Assembly (NCBI GenBank): GCA_052327205.1
Contig: CM126222.1
Coordinates: 56,358,001 to 56,422,000 of the forward strand
DNA length: 64,000 nt
From: Somniosus microcephalus
Lineage: Eukaryota
Reading direction: 5' to 3'
Under the pieces are notes generated by a model. It had not been told where the DNA came from. It made no database searches and was given only the letters and a program-made list of their open reading frames with translations. Positions 50,001-62,000 of this stretch are shown here, in pieces. A program made the translations under genes and the position numbers. The stretch's first letter is position 1. Every line of letters starts with the position of its first letter.

Positions 50001-53000
50001 CGTGGCGCCATTTTATTTATTTGGCCGACCTCCAGGTCGGCCCTCTGTGGTGTGTTCCTGACTGCCAGCACACCACCCGACACTGTGTCTCGGCACCGGG
50101 CTGCTGCCATGGCACCACATCGCCCTGGTGGCCTAGTGTGGACCATCGGAGGCCCTGCAGAGTGCGCAACAGCCCTCCCCTTTAACTGAAGGGGTGGGGC
50201 GTTCGCGGAGCACAGCCGATCACGCCCCGACATCACCTCGGTTACCACCTCACCAGGAAGTGGAGCGCCTGACATTGCGCTCCACTTACTGTGCAGGGCA
50301 GTAAGCCGAATTTAGTGGCTGGGGCAGTAATTCCGCGCCGGGCGCTAAATGTCCAGCCTTAACTCGGTTACTGCCCCCAAACGAGGAATAACCGAATTTT
50401 GCGCCCTTTGATTCTAACTTTTTAAAAATGTTAGAGAGCAAAACAAAGATTGGGGCTCTCACATGGGGAAAAGGCCAAGCTGAAATAAAGATGAACAAAC
50501 GTATAAAAAACATTTTTTTTTAAGTTTCTTAAATTTTAAATTTTTATTAAAATGGATAAATTTGACACCCCACAAAATTAAAATTAGTTTTTCAGGGCCA
50601 TAACCTTTGTTTAGCAGTCAATACGCTGTTGAACCCTCAGTTACACCTAATCCAAAAGGGTCAAAATTTAATTGGGTTTATAACAGCGGTATTACCGCGA
50701 AAGAGCCAAAGTATTTGCCAGTTTCCATGATTTGACAGATTACATTGATTGCCGGCTCTGTGGTTGGGGGCGGGGGTGGGGTGGGGGGGCGGTGGTGGTT
50801 GTGGGGGTTGGTGGTGGTTGTGGGGGTGGGGGTGGGGGACCCACAGCACAGCCTGTGGAGGAGCAGTGAATGACAGACCGCAACTTCAGGATTTCCACGT
50901 TAGGCTGTGCATACGCTAAATCCTAAAGTTGTGGTCAGTTTCAAAGGCGAAATGACAACAAACGCTGCCAGTTCGCCGTCATCAGGACCGCAAGTCTTTA
51001 AGTGATCATCATTCAAATGGTGATTTGACCATGCAGTAAAACTCTTCTAATATAAGCTGGCTAAGATCAAATTTGAGCACAAGATTGCCACTTCTATTAA
51101 AATCCCTAGCCTTTTGCAGTAGAGAGCAACTGCAAATGTACAGTTTTTCCTCTATTGGCTGCAATTCATTCTGTGAAGAATCTGACGTTCCAGATGGCAT
51201 GAACATGGCATTTTTGGGTTCATCGGATATTAGTTGATGCTCCCTCATATCATGAGCACGAGCTGGGTACCAGAACTAGCACACAGTGCCACTCATTAAG
51301 TTTATTATTTATATTTTGCATTTGAATCCGGAAAGTACACATCACAATTATTGCTTCTATTTCTAACATTTTAACATAATTTATTCTAGATGACCAGCCT
51401 GCTGGCAATTGCTTTACTTTAATGCCGTACTCACTAGTCAGGCCCTGCCACCCACCATCTCTGCGGCCAGTGATCATAGCGCCCACGCGAATTGGAAAAA
51501 TTGTGCTCGAGAAGCTGAAAGACCTAACAGAGTATGAAAAGTGTAAATCTGGTAAGAGTCACAAATATATTACAATTTGCTGAAGAAAAGAAACAGAAAT
51601 GATGATTTGTTTTATATTTCCAGTGAAGAGTTCTTTGAGACAAGAGACATTTATGCTTTTAGGCTTTGTTTTAATTTCCATCAATGCTGGAAATCAATGG
51701 AGGAGATTTTACTCTCGACCTGACCTGGACGAGACCTAATCTGAGAGTGCATGGCGTAGACAGTAGGTCGAAAAGTGTTTCATTTCACTGACATTCCGCA
51801 TCTTGATAAGCACACGAATTTTACAGTAAACCCCAACATATATGCATGGAGTACCCAATCTGAAAGAAACTGCATATTGCAGCTGCAGATTCAAAGATAT
51901 TTGAATATTTGTCTAAAATCTAGATATATATGGTAGAGGTTCCTTTAATTTGTAAATTTCACGTACTCGCTCATAATAGTCTATATATACTCAATAAGAA
52001 CTTGTAATCTTTATTTATTTTAGAGTGCTTGAACAATACTGAGTATTCCGAGAAAAACAAAAAAGGCGATATTTTGGGTGTGACAGAAGTACAGACCTCA
52101 CTTCGCTCCTGTTACACACGGAAGGCAGTAGAGACTGTAGTTGCTAAGGTAATATTGGTGCTTTCATGCATATTGTTGTAACTAATTTGGGTTTTGGTGT
52201 TCTTTCTTTCACTGGCTTTTTGTTTACCATTTTTGCTCTCCCATTGTTGCCCTTCCCATTATATCCCTTCTTTATCTGTGGTTTCTCTCCATCTACTTCA
52301 TGACCAGTAGATGAGGGGGAGTGCTTCTGCTAAATAGGATTAACAATTCAGCACTGCCACTTTTTACTCTTCCCATTACCCTTGTGTTTCCCATTGCCCT
52401 TGTGTTTATTATCTAGTGAGTTAGTCAAATAATTGGCAAAGCTTACTGAATTGTGGAAGACAAATATGAGTATCACAAGAAGATGAGATTAAACTTGTGA
52501 GCTTCTAAATCAGGTCAATGCTCTACCACAGAAACTACCAAAGTTTGTTGGTATATTGGTGTGTTTTATCTATCCACGGTTGTTTTAAGAACAAAAGAAA
52601 CCACAGGATAAGTAACGTCCATTTGTCCCATCAAGCCCTCAACTCCTATAGATAATATGTACGCCACCCAACATGAACTCCATTTAATCTTCCGAGGAGG
52701 AAAAACGCAAGTTAATCAGGTTAATTTTATTTAACTTCAAGCCAGCACCCCAGAAGGTGAAAAGGCAAAGGAAGGTTTACTGGATAATTAACAGGAGTGG
52801 AAAACTTATCTGATGTTTCCCTTCCTAGCCTAGTGACACTGATACCAATTGAAGCACTCCGCTGCTGAGATTAACGAACTCTGGAATAGCCAAGGATAAA
52901 AACTGAGACCTTTCATAGAAACATAGAAATATAGAAAAATAAGAGCAGGAGTAGGCCCTTCGAACCTTTCTGGTTCATATGGCTCAGTAAAGCAGTAGGC

Positions 53001-56000
53001 AGTGTGTATACCACTGAGTTAATGGGGAAAGCTTTGTGATGCGTTTCTAAGTTAATTTTCATTCACATAATCTTTCTTTTTCATTTGTGAATTTTTTTTG
53101 TTCTTTTTCCATCTCCCTTAACCCTTTCTCTCCTGAAGGTAATTTCTCTTCCTTCTTGGGATACAGTTTCACAGGTATTGGACACCCTCCAATACCTCAT
53201 CCAAGTGGCCGTTTTTTTCATTTGTGAGCCTAGGCAGTGAATGTCGGCAGGCCATTTGACCTGGGGGTGCATCACGGCCAAGCTTAATTCTGTTTTCAAC
53301 TGACATCAACAAACGCATATTTCCAGCTGGAGTCACTGGATAGTGTTCAGGAATGGAAACACTGGCTGAGTTCCTTACCCTGAGCCAATTGCAAAGTTCC
53401 TACAACTGCCTCCAATGACATCAGTTAACTCAGCTCAGCCCAGAGATTTTAACTGGGATCTTCCAAGTCAGTATGGCTCTGCTACTCACTGCCTTAACTA
53501 GCTGAGCTATTGGGAGCGCCCTCCTAAATTCTAATCGACATTTGCTGTTGGGCTGGCTGTAATTTGTATTTATTTGTTTTCAATCTGAAACAACGGTTTT
53601 AATATAAATTTGGATTAAGTTGATTGATTGAAAAGTTGATTGAAAAGTTGATTGAATGAAAATCCTGAAAATAATTGCTTTCGTTTCCATGATGTTTAAT
53701 TACAGAATGTCCACTGCCTACTGGAACTTGGTCTGGACTGTGTGAGGCGGTTACATGAGGTGGAGATCTATCCCATTGTCATTATCATCCGTCTCTGTGA
53801 AAAGAACATTAAGAAAATTAAGTAAGCCAAACTCTATTGCATGGACTAATGGGAAAACTGAGATCATTCTTGAATCCTAGTACGAATTTTATTCACTGTT
53901 TTGCATTGATCGCAATTTGCAAATGTATTTGTCTTCCAAATATTAGCTTATTGAGTGCAGAAACTGAGCTGTTATAAGTGCCTGAATTGCAACATTGATT
54001 GTACATTTATGTACAGTTTTCTTTCAATGACTTTTTCAAAGTTGTCAACAAACTGAATATAAACAAAGTGGCCTTCATGCTGTTGGGGACAGGTAACATG
54101 GCCAGAACAGGGGATTCCAGCCTGGCCTTAGAAATGCAAAGTGGGTTGCACTCAGAGGTGGAAGTAGTCATATTCACTGGGGAAAGCAGCAGCTTCAGTA
54201 GTCACGGACTCTGACTTTACATCAACAGTGCACACACAGGTTTGTTCATATACTGTTACATTAAAGAGAATCTAACTGATTAAGGACCCCCCTCCCCACC
54301 TCATTTTAAATGAAATGATTTCTATAGTAACACCTGCTTCGGTAAGCAGTTCTTTAATATAAACGCAGCATTACGAAATTCCATATATGGTCAAACAAAC
54401 TCTATGTAACTTACATGTATGCAAATTTATATTGTAGGAAAGTTTTCATCATATCCTATTCATTTACATTTGGCTCAATGCAAAATAGAGCATTTGTGTG
54501 CACCTGTATATACGGAAGCTGTAAGGCACTTTCACATTAGCATTTGTTCAATTCAGATCACAAGAGAGCAGCATCAGTGCACAGGTTCCCTGTTTCTGCA
54601 CTGCTGACGCTGGCTCCCTTACTGTCACGGGGGAATCTTGGGTGTGATAAATCCATGTAGGGAGACAAGGAACTCGAAGAGGCGAGGTATGAGGATTAAT
54701 ACGAGTGCTTTATTGAACGACTGCGAGACAACCAGGCAGGCCTGCTTCCAGGCATTGCACCTTTGCTGACCTTAGCAGGAAGCTAACCCCTGACCTTAAC
54801 AGGAAGCAACCCCTGACCTTAGCAGCAGCATTGGCTACAGCACCACCTGGTGGATAACCTTAATCATAACATCCCAGATTACTATATCCCTCCACCCTTA
54901 AGATTTCAGTATGAATTTCTTAACAAACAACCATTCCTAAGGGTCACATAAGAAGTCTCCATTCACCATGTTCCATACTTGACAAATCGAACAGGTCAGT
55001 ATCAATCTCTGGTGGCTTGCGAGACCTTTGTGAACGTCTGACAGTAAAGTCTCTGCTTGTTTGTGGTGAAGCCACCAGCTGCTCCTGAGCAGTGCTCGGA
55101 GTATCTGACTCTGCAACGATGGTTTCCTCTTGACGAATGGGTTCCTGTGGAATGGTCTCTGTCCCTGGTGGTGGCACCACAGATGCACTTGGACAACTGG
55201 GGGCAAACCTGTCCTCAGCCATTGCATCTGGAACCTTCATTTCAATTTCCCTTTGTCTGGTAAGTATCTGATCTACATGTCTGCGTACTACCCTACCATC
55301 ACCCAACATGACCTTGTATGATACGGGACCGGTCATTGAGTCTATGAAGCCAGGAATCCACTTGGGTCCATAACTGAAATTCCTGGTAAGGACCGCATCT
55401 CCTTCTCCAAAACTTCGGCTCTTTGTTCTTTTGTCATGGTTCTCTTTTTGTTTGTTTTGTCTGTTTTTCATTTTCTTTTTTAGGTCTGGGTGGACAAGGC
55501 CAAGAGTGGAGCGTAGTCTACGACCTAATAACATCTCAGCAGGAGAGAGTCCTGTGGTGGATTGAGGTGTTATTCTGTAGCTGAACAGAACCCGTGACAC
55601 TTTGGCTGCTAAACTCCCTTCTGCACTTTTTTTCATCATCTCTTTAAATGTTTGTACGGCTCTCTCCGCAAGTCCATTTGAGGATGGATGATATGGGGCC
55701 GAGGTCACCTGCACTATGCCATTTTTTCTCAAGAACTCTTTTGTCTCTGTACTCACAAAACAAGTGGCATTGTCACTTACCACGATCTCTGGTACCCCTT
55801 GATTACTGAAGCTCCGACGCAGGCAGTCTATAGTAGTAGTGGCGGAAGCAGAATTTACAGGATAAACATCCATCCATTTGGAATGTGCATCAATGATTAT
55901 GAGGAACATCTTCCCCATGAACGGACCCGCATAATCTAAGTGCAATCTTCTCATGGTTTATCCGGCCACTCCCAGGGGTGGAGAGGAGCCGCTGCTGGTG

Positions 56001-59000
56001 CCTTCCGGTGTTCCTGACAAGTGCTGCATGTCTTGACTAGATTTTCTATCTCCTCATCTAGCTTTGGCCACCACAAGTAACTCCTAGCCAAGGCTTTCAT
56101 ACACGAGACCCCAGGATGACACTGATGTAGTTGCTCTAGGATAGACTGTCATGCTGGCTGTGGAATAATCACTCGTGCGCCCCACAACACGCAACCATCC
56201 TACACACTCAGCTCTGTTTTCCTGACACTGTAGGGTGTGAAGTCAGCCCCTTCCGGATGCTGTGGCCATCCCCTCACCACATATTCTCGAACTCTAGACA
56301 GTACTGGATCTTTACCTGTCCATGTTCTTACTTGCTCTGCAGTCACAAGTGCTGTGTTAGTGTCCTCCAACATCAACACTCTGTCCTCTGGAGCTGCACG
56401 GATAGGTGTGCCTGGCAGTGGAAGACGGCTCAAGGCATCTGCGTTCCCATGGTACTTGCCCGCCTTGTAGACGATGACATACTCGTATGCCCTCAACGTC
56501 ACGGCCCACCTCTGGATCTGGGGTGACACCATCTGTGGAACTGCTTTCATTTCATTGAAAAGAGAGATGAGGTTTATGATTGGTGCATATGGTGAACTTC
56601 CTGCCATATATATACTTGTGTAACCTCTGTAACCCAAACATTACTGCTAACCCCTCTTTGTCTAACTGGGAATAGTTTTTTTCCACTGGTGTTAGAGTTC
56701 GGGACATAAACCCTATTGGTCTTTCAGTTCCATCTTCCATGCAGTGTGAAAGAACTAAGGTGAAGCGTCACAAGAGAGAATGATGTCTTTCTCTGCATTG
56801 TAGTGAACCAGCACATCCGACGACAGCATCAGTTTCTTGGACTGTTCAAATGAAACCCCCTGCTCCTCTTCCCACTGCCACTGTGTCTCCTTGCACAGTA
56901 GTTTGTGAGGAGGTGCTAAAACAGTTGACAAGTTTGGTAAAAACCTGTTATAATAGTTCAGCAGTCCCAGGTAAGCTTTTAACTCAGTCACATTTGTAGG
57001 AGCAGGGGCGTCCTGCAGTGCTTGTACCTTCTCCTTGAGTGGATGGAGCCCGGTGGCGTCCACTCTGTGTCCCAGGAACACTGCCTCATTCCCCAGGAAA
57101 GTGCACTTACTCCTCTTGAGCCGGAACCCTGCCCTCTCCAATCTCTGTAGTACCTCTCTCAGTGTGCTCAGATGCTCCTGGTCGGTTCTTCCCGTCACCA
57201 GAATGTCATCCAGATAGATGGAAACATGTGGAATCCCTTGCAGTACACCTTCGATTGTCCTCTGGAAGATAGCTGGACTAGATGAGACACCAAACGGTAA
57301 GCGGTTATATGTAAACAAGCCCTTGTGTGTATTTATGGTGACATACTTCTTTGATTCGTCATCCAGTGTAATCTGCAAGTAGGCATGACTCATATCCAAC
57401 TTTGTGAATTTCTTTCCTCCAGCCAGGTTTGCAAAGAGATCCTCTGTTTTGGGAATAGGATACTGCTCTAGTTTGGACACCCGATTGACTGTCAATTTAT
57501 AGTCTCCACAGAGTCTTACCGAATTGTCTGGTTTTAAAACAGGTACTATGGGAGCTGCCCATTCCGAACATTTCACTGGCTCCAGTATGTTCTCTCTCAA
57601 TAGACGGTCAAGCTCAGCCTCTACCTTTGGCTTCATGGCATAAGGCACAGGTCGTTGTTTAAAAAACCTTGGCGGTGCCTCCTTGTCTACATAAATCTTA
57701 GCTGGGGGGCCATTAAATGTGCCAAGTTCCTCCTTGAACACATTCTCATGTTCACTCAACACTTCTTGCAAAGTCAACTGTTTGTCCGCATCTATTTGAT
57801 GTACTGCTCCCCCGTCTAATTTAAGTTCTTTTATCCAGCCCCGACCTAACAGGTTTGGTCCGGTACCCGATACTATAGCTACAGGTAGCTGTTCCACTGT
57901 GTCCCTGTGTTGCACAGTTACCTTAGCTGTACCTAATGTCGCTACTCGTTCACCTGTATATGTTTTAAGATGCAGGGAGCAAGGCTTTAACTCTGGAACT
58001 TTTGCACGGTTCCACAATTTTGAGTACTCTGCCTTGTTCATTATGGTTACGTCGCACCCTGTATCCACTTCAAAGTTCACCTTAGAGTCATTTACTGTCA
58101 GTTGCAATGTGATAGTAGCCACTTTTGGAATGTTCTCTAACATGCCGTACATTATGAACATGTCCTCTTCTTCCTCAGCTTCCCCGCTGATGTGGTGTGC
58201 TCCATGTTTTTTCACTTCTCTCCCTTGGTTTTGCTGTCCTCCCCCTTTTGCTTTGGATTCCTCCACAGGTGATTTTGCCCTGCAAGCTCGTTTTATGTGT
58301 CCTTGTTTCCCACACTTGTAGCACTTTTCCTCCAGAAACCGGCATTCACTCGCCAGGTGATCGCCCTTGTATCTATAACATGCCTTCACATGCTCACGTT
58401 GTGGTTTCTGACACGTTTAACTTGTGCACAACAACCTGACCTGCAACTTGCGTAACATTAGCCCTGTCTGAACCCTGTATTTCTTTTACATCTCGGTTCA
58501 CTGTCTCTATGGCTTGAGCAAGTTCCAATGCTTTTTCATAAGTAAGCCCAGTCTCTGATAACAATCTGCGCTGCATTCGGTCGTCCATTATTCCGCAAAC
58601 TAGCCTATCTCTCAGCATTTCCTTCAGGTTGTTCCCATAATTGCAATCTTGTGCCAATTTACGCAACACCGCTACATAGTCCATTACACTCGCTTCCTCT
58701 TTCCTGTTCCTTGAATTAAACTTGAACCGCTGTACAATCTCACTAGGCTTAGGGTTGAAATGTTCTTTTAGCACGGCCACTAATTCAACAAATGATTTGT
58801 CTCCAGGCTTTTCAGGACTGAGCAGATTCCTCATCAAACTGTAGGTTTGGCTTCCCACTGAACTAAGCAGAATGGCTTTCCTTTTTCCGGCATCATTTAT
58901 TTCATTTGCTTCGAAAAAATAACCCAACACTTCACAGTATTCCTCCCAAGTTTGTGCTTGAATATCAAAAGCGGAGACCGTTCCTACCGTGGCAGCCATG

Positions 59001-62000
59001 CTTTCTTCCAACTGGTAGCTAACTGCAGCTCGTGATTTTGTTGTTTAAACGTCCTGGCAGACTTCTCTTATTCAGGGTCCTGTTTTACCTTGTCGCCAAA
59101 TGTGATAAATCCATGTAGGGAGACAAGGAACTCGAAGAGGCGAGGTATGAGGATTAATATGAGTGCTTTATTGAACGACTGCGAGACAACCAGGCAGGCC
59201 TGCTTCCAGGCATTGCACCTTTGCTGACCTTAGCAGGAAGCAACCCCTGACCTTAGCAGCAGCATTGGCTACAGCACCACCTGGTGGATAACCTTAATCA
59301 TAACATCCCAGATTACTATATTGGGTCTACTGTTTTGCTGCCAGGTTGCGGAAGTCAGTTTTAGCAGTGTAACTGGGAGAGCACTACTCTCCTGCAATCG
59401 GAACCAGGCAAAAGCTAATGTAAAAATGCCTATATTCACACTTACTGAGCATTTTCACATGTAATTAAATATGTCCTTTAACACCTCATTCATCAGCAAT
59501 GTGGCATATCTTGCACAGTCACCTTTAAAAATGCTAATAATTTATAAATCTATTAAATAATATATGGTCAGGGTCAATGGTTAACTTTTTATATATTATC
59601 ATGCCCATATAATAACCGAGCGACTATATCCCCAAAAGGGACATATGATTTTTTTCAAAAGGGAATCCTTAAACCTAAAACATTTTTTTTGTTATATCAG
59701 TCGGCAAGTCAGTCAGTACCCAGGTGGATCAGAGCACCCTTGACCGTATCAGAACTTAGCCGAGAAGCACTTTTGCAATTAGTGTTTAGATCACAAAAAA
59801 AGCAGCATTAAAACAGAGTGCCTCCTTCAGCCAGTCTCCCCAGTTTGTTTTGTGAACCATTGGCCTTTGCTGTTAGCTTGTCGGAAGTCAATGCTTAAGG
59901 CAATTGTAGCAACATCATGATGTACCAGATTAAAAGGCGCTGGGAGCTGCACACTTGTAAGGCTGAATGTCTTCCTTTCATCATCAGCATCGGCTCCACA
60001 ACTGCACAAAGTATGCAAGTGCCATAGTGTACGCACAAGTGTCATTTCCTCTGTCTGTGTGCACAGCAGATACTGCACCTTTCTGCATGCAGAATTTTGT
60101 TTGAAATGGCACAGAGAGCAGATGTATGGACGGAATAGATATGAGCTTTTATTCTTTATTTCTTCTTGCTAACTTGCAACCTCTCTTGCATGCCTGTTAC
60201 TAAATTCCTAAAGGCTTCCTATTCGTCATCTGCTTTAAATAATGTAACTGGGGTGCTGTAAATAACAAGAGCAGAATTTGTGTAGGCAAGCTTATTTGCA
60301 TATGTGCAGTTTGTGTGCAAATCATTTGTTTTTTGACAACTTGATGTTGCATCAAAAATGTTTTGACTGTGCATGGTTTCACAGCTCAGAATCACCTCCA
60401 GTTGAGGGGGGGATACACCTGTCAGAATTTTCTGAATAGCATTGTAAATCCATGGTGCTAAAATTAACGTTGGTGACATTTAATTAATTTACTCTAACTT
60501 ATTGAAATCACTCCTGGTCATTAGTTACAATGTTAGTTGGTCAAGTTCATCAATGATGAAGGGAGAGGTGTCTGAAAGCTAGACCAGAAAGCTAGGTTTT
60601 GGTATGGATTTTAAAGATGGAGGAATAGAGAGGCAGTGGGGAATAGGGAGGGTTCCAGAGAGTAGAGCTGAGGTGGCTGAAGGCTATGCTACAGTGTTGG
60701 GATGAGGGGAGAGGGGGATGCACAAATGGCTAGCATTGGAGGATTGAAAGATGCAGGAGGGAATATTAGACTGGAGAAGGTTGCATAGAGAGGGCAAAAT
60801 AAGACCATGGAAAGATTTGAAGAGGAGGTCTAGTATTTTAAATTCAATGAATTGGGAGGATGGGGAGCCAATGTAGGTGAGTGAGGATGGAGATAATGGG
60901 CAAATGGGTCTTAGTGAGGGATAGGATATAGACAGCTGAGTTTTGGACAAGTTGCACTTTATGGAGGGTGGAGGATGGGAATCAGCTAGTAGCACATTGC
61001 CTAAATTGGAGAGGCTGTAACAGAGCTATGCCAATTTCTCCAAGCTGGCCTGCAGGTGACTTCAAAATCTGGATGATTTGTCTGTAGCTGCAGAGGTCAC
61101 CACTGTATTAAGCTTCGATGCTACAGGATACTTCCAGCCCACCACAATGGACATCTGCCAAATCAACTAGTACGCTGTCCGTATATGCATAAAGCAAGTA
61201 ACAGATGCCACTTTTGCCTGGGAAAACATCTTTATAACTTTCCACGTGGCAGCTGGGGAGGGCACAGAAACTTTTCAATGTGTCGGTTTTCCAAAATTCC
61301 AGGGCATTATAGATGGCACCCATGTGGCCAGTCTACATCCCTCCTTGTATGAGGGTATTGCAATGCTGTTACTGGTTCAGAGCATGACTTTGATTGGTTA
61401 TGTTTCAGTGGCATGCCCACTAAAAGTGCCCTACACATTTTTGTAAAATAAAGAATGATAAGGTTATCATAAATGACTCCTTCTACAAGTTTGCTGATGA
61501 TTGGGTGATAATTAGCTGAGTTAAATTTTTACATTTTTTTGTGGCTAGGACAGACCTAAGTAATGTCCACATTGTCGGGTAGCTGTCAAGTGTCATAGCT
61601 GCACTGGAGTAGCTTGATTAGGGGAGCAGTTGGTGTTCAAGTATTTAATGTTATAACCGGGACGTTGTGAGGGCCCGTAGCCTTCACTGTGCCCAGTGCA
61701 CTCAGCGACTTCTTAATGTTACATGAAGCAAACTGAATTGGTTGGACATTGACATCTATGATGGTGGGGACCTTAGCAGGAGGCCGAGTAGGTTCATCCA
61801 TTCCATAAACTCCAACTTGTCCAAAATTCAGCTGCTCGAATCCTGTCCTGTACTAAGTCCCACTCATCCATAACACCTGCCATTGCTAACCTACATTGGT
61901 ACCAATTCTCTCTCCACCATTACAAATCTACTCAACACCTATGCTAATCTCCGCCCCCCCCCCCATATGGTTTGGTATTTGTTCCTCATCTATTTCCATC

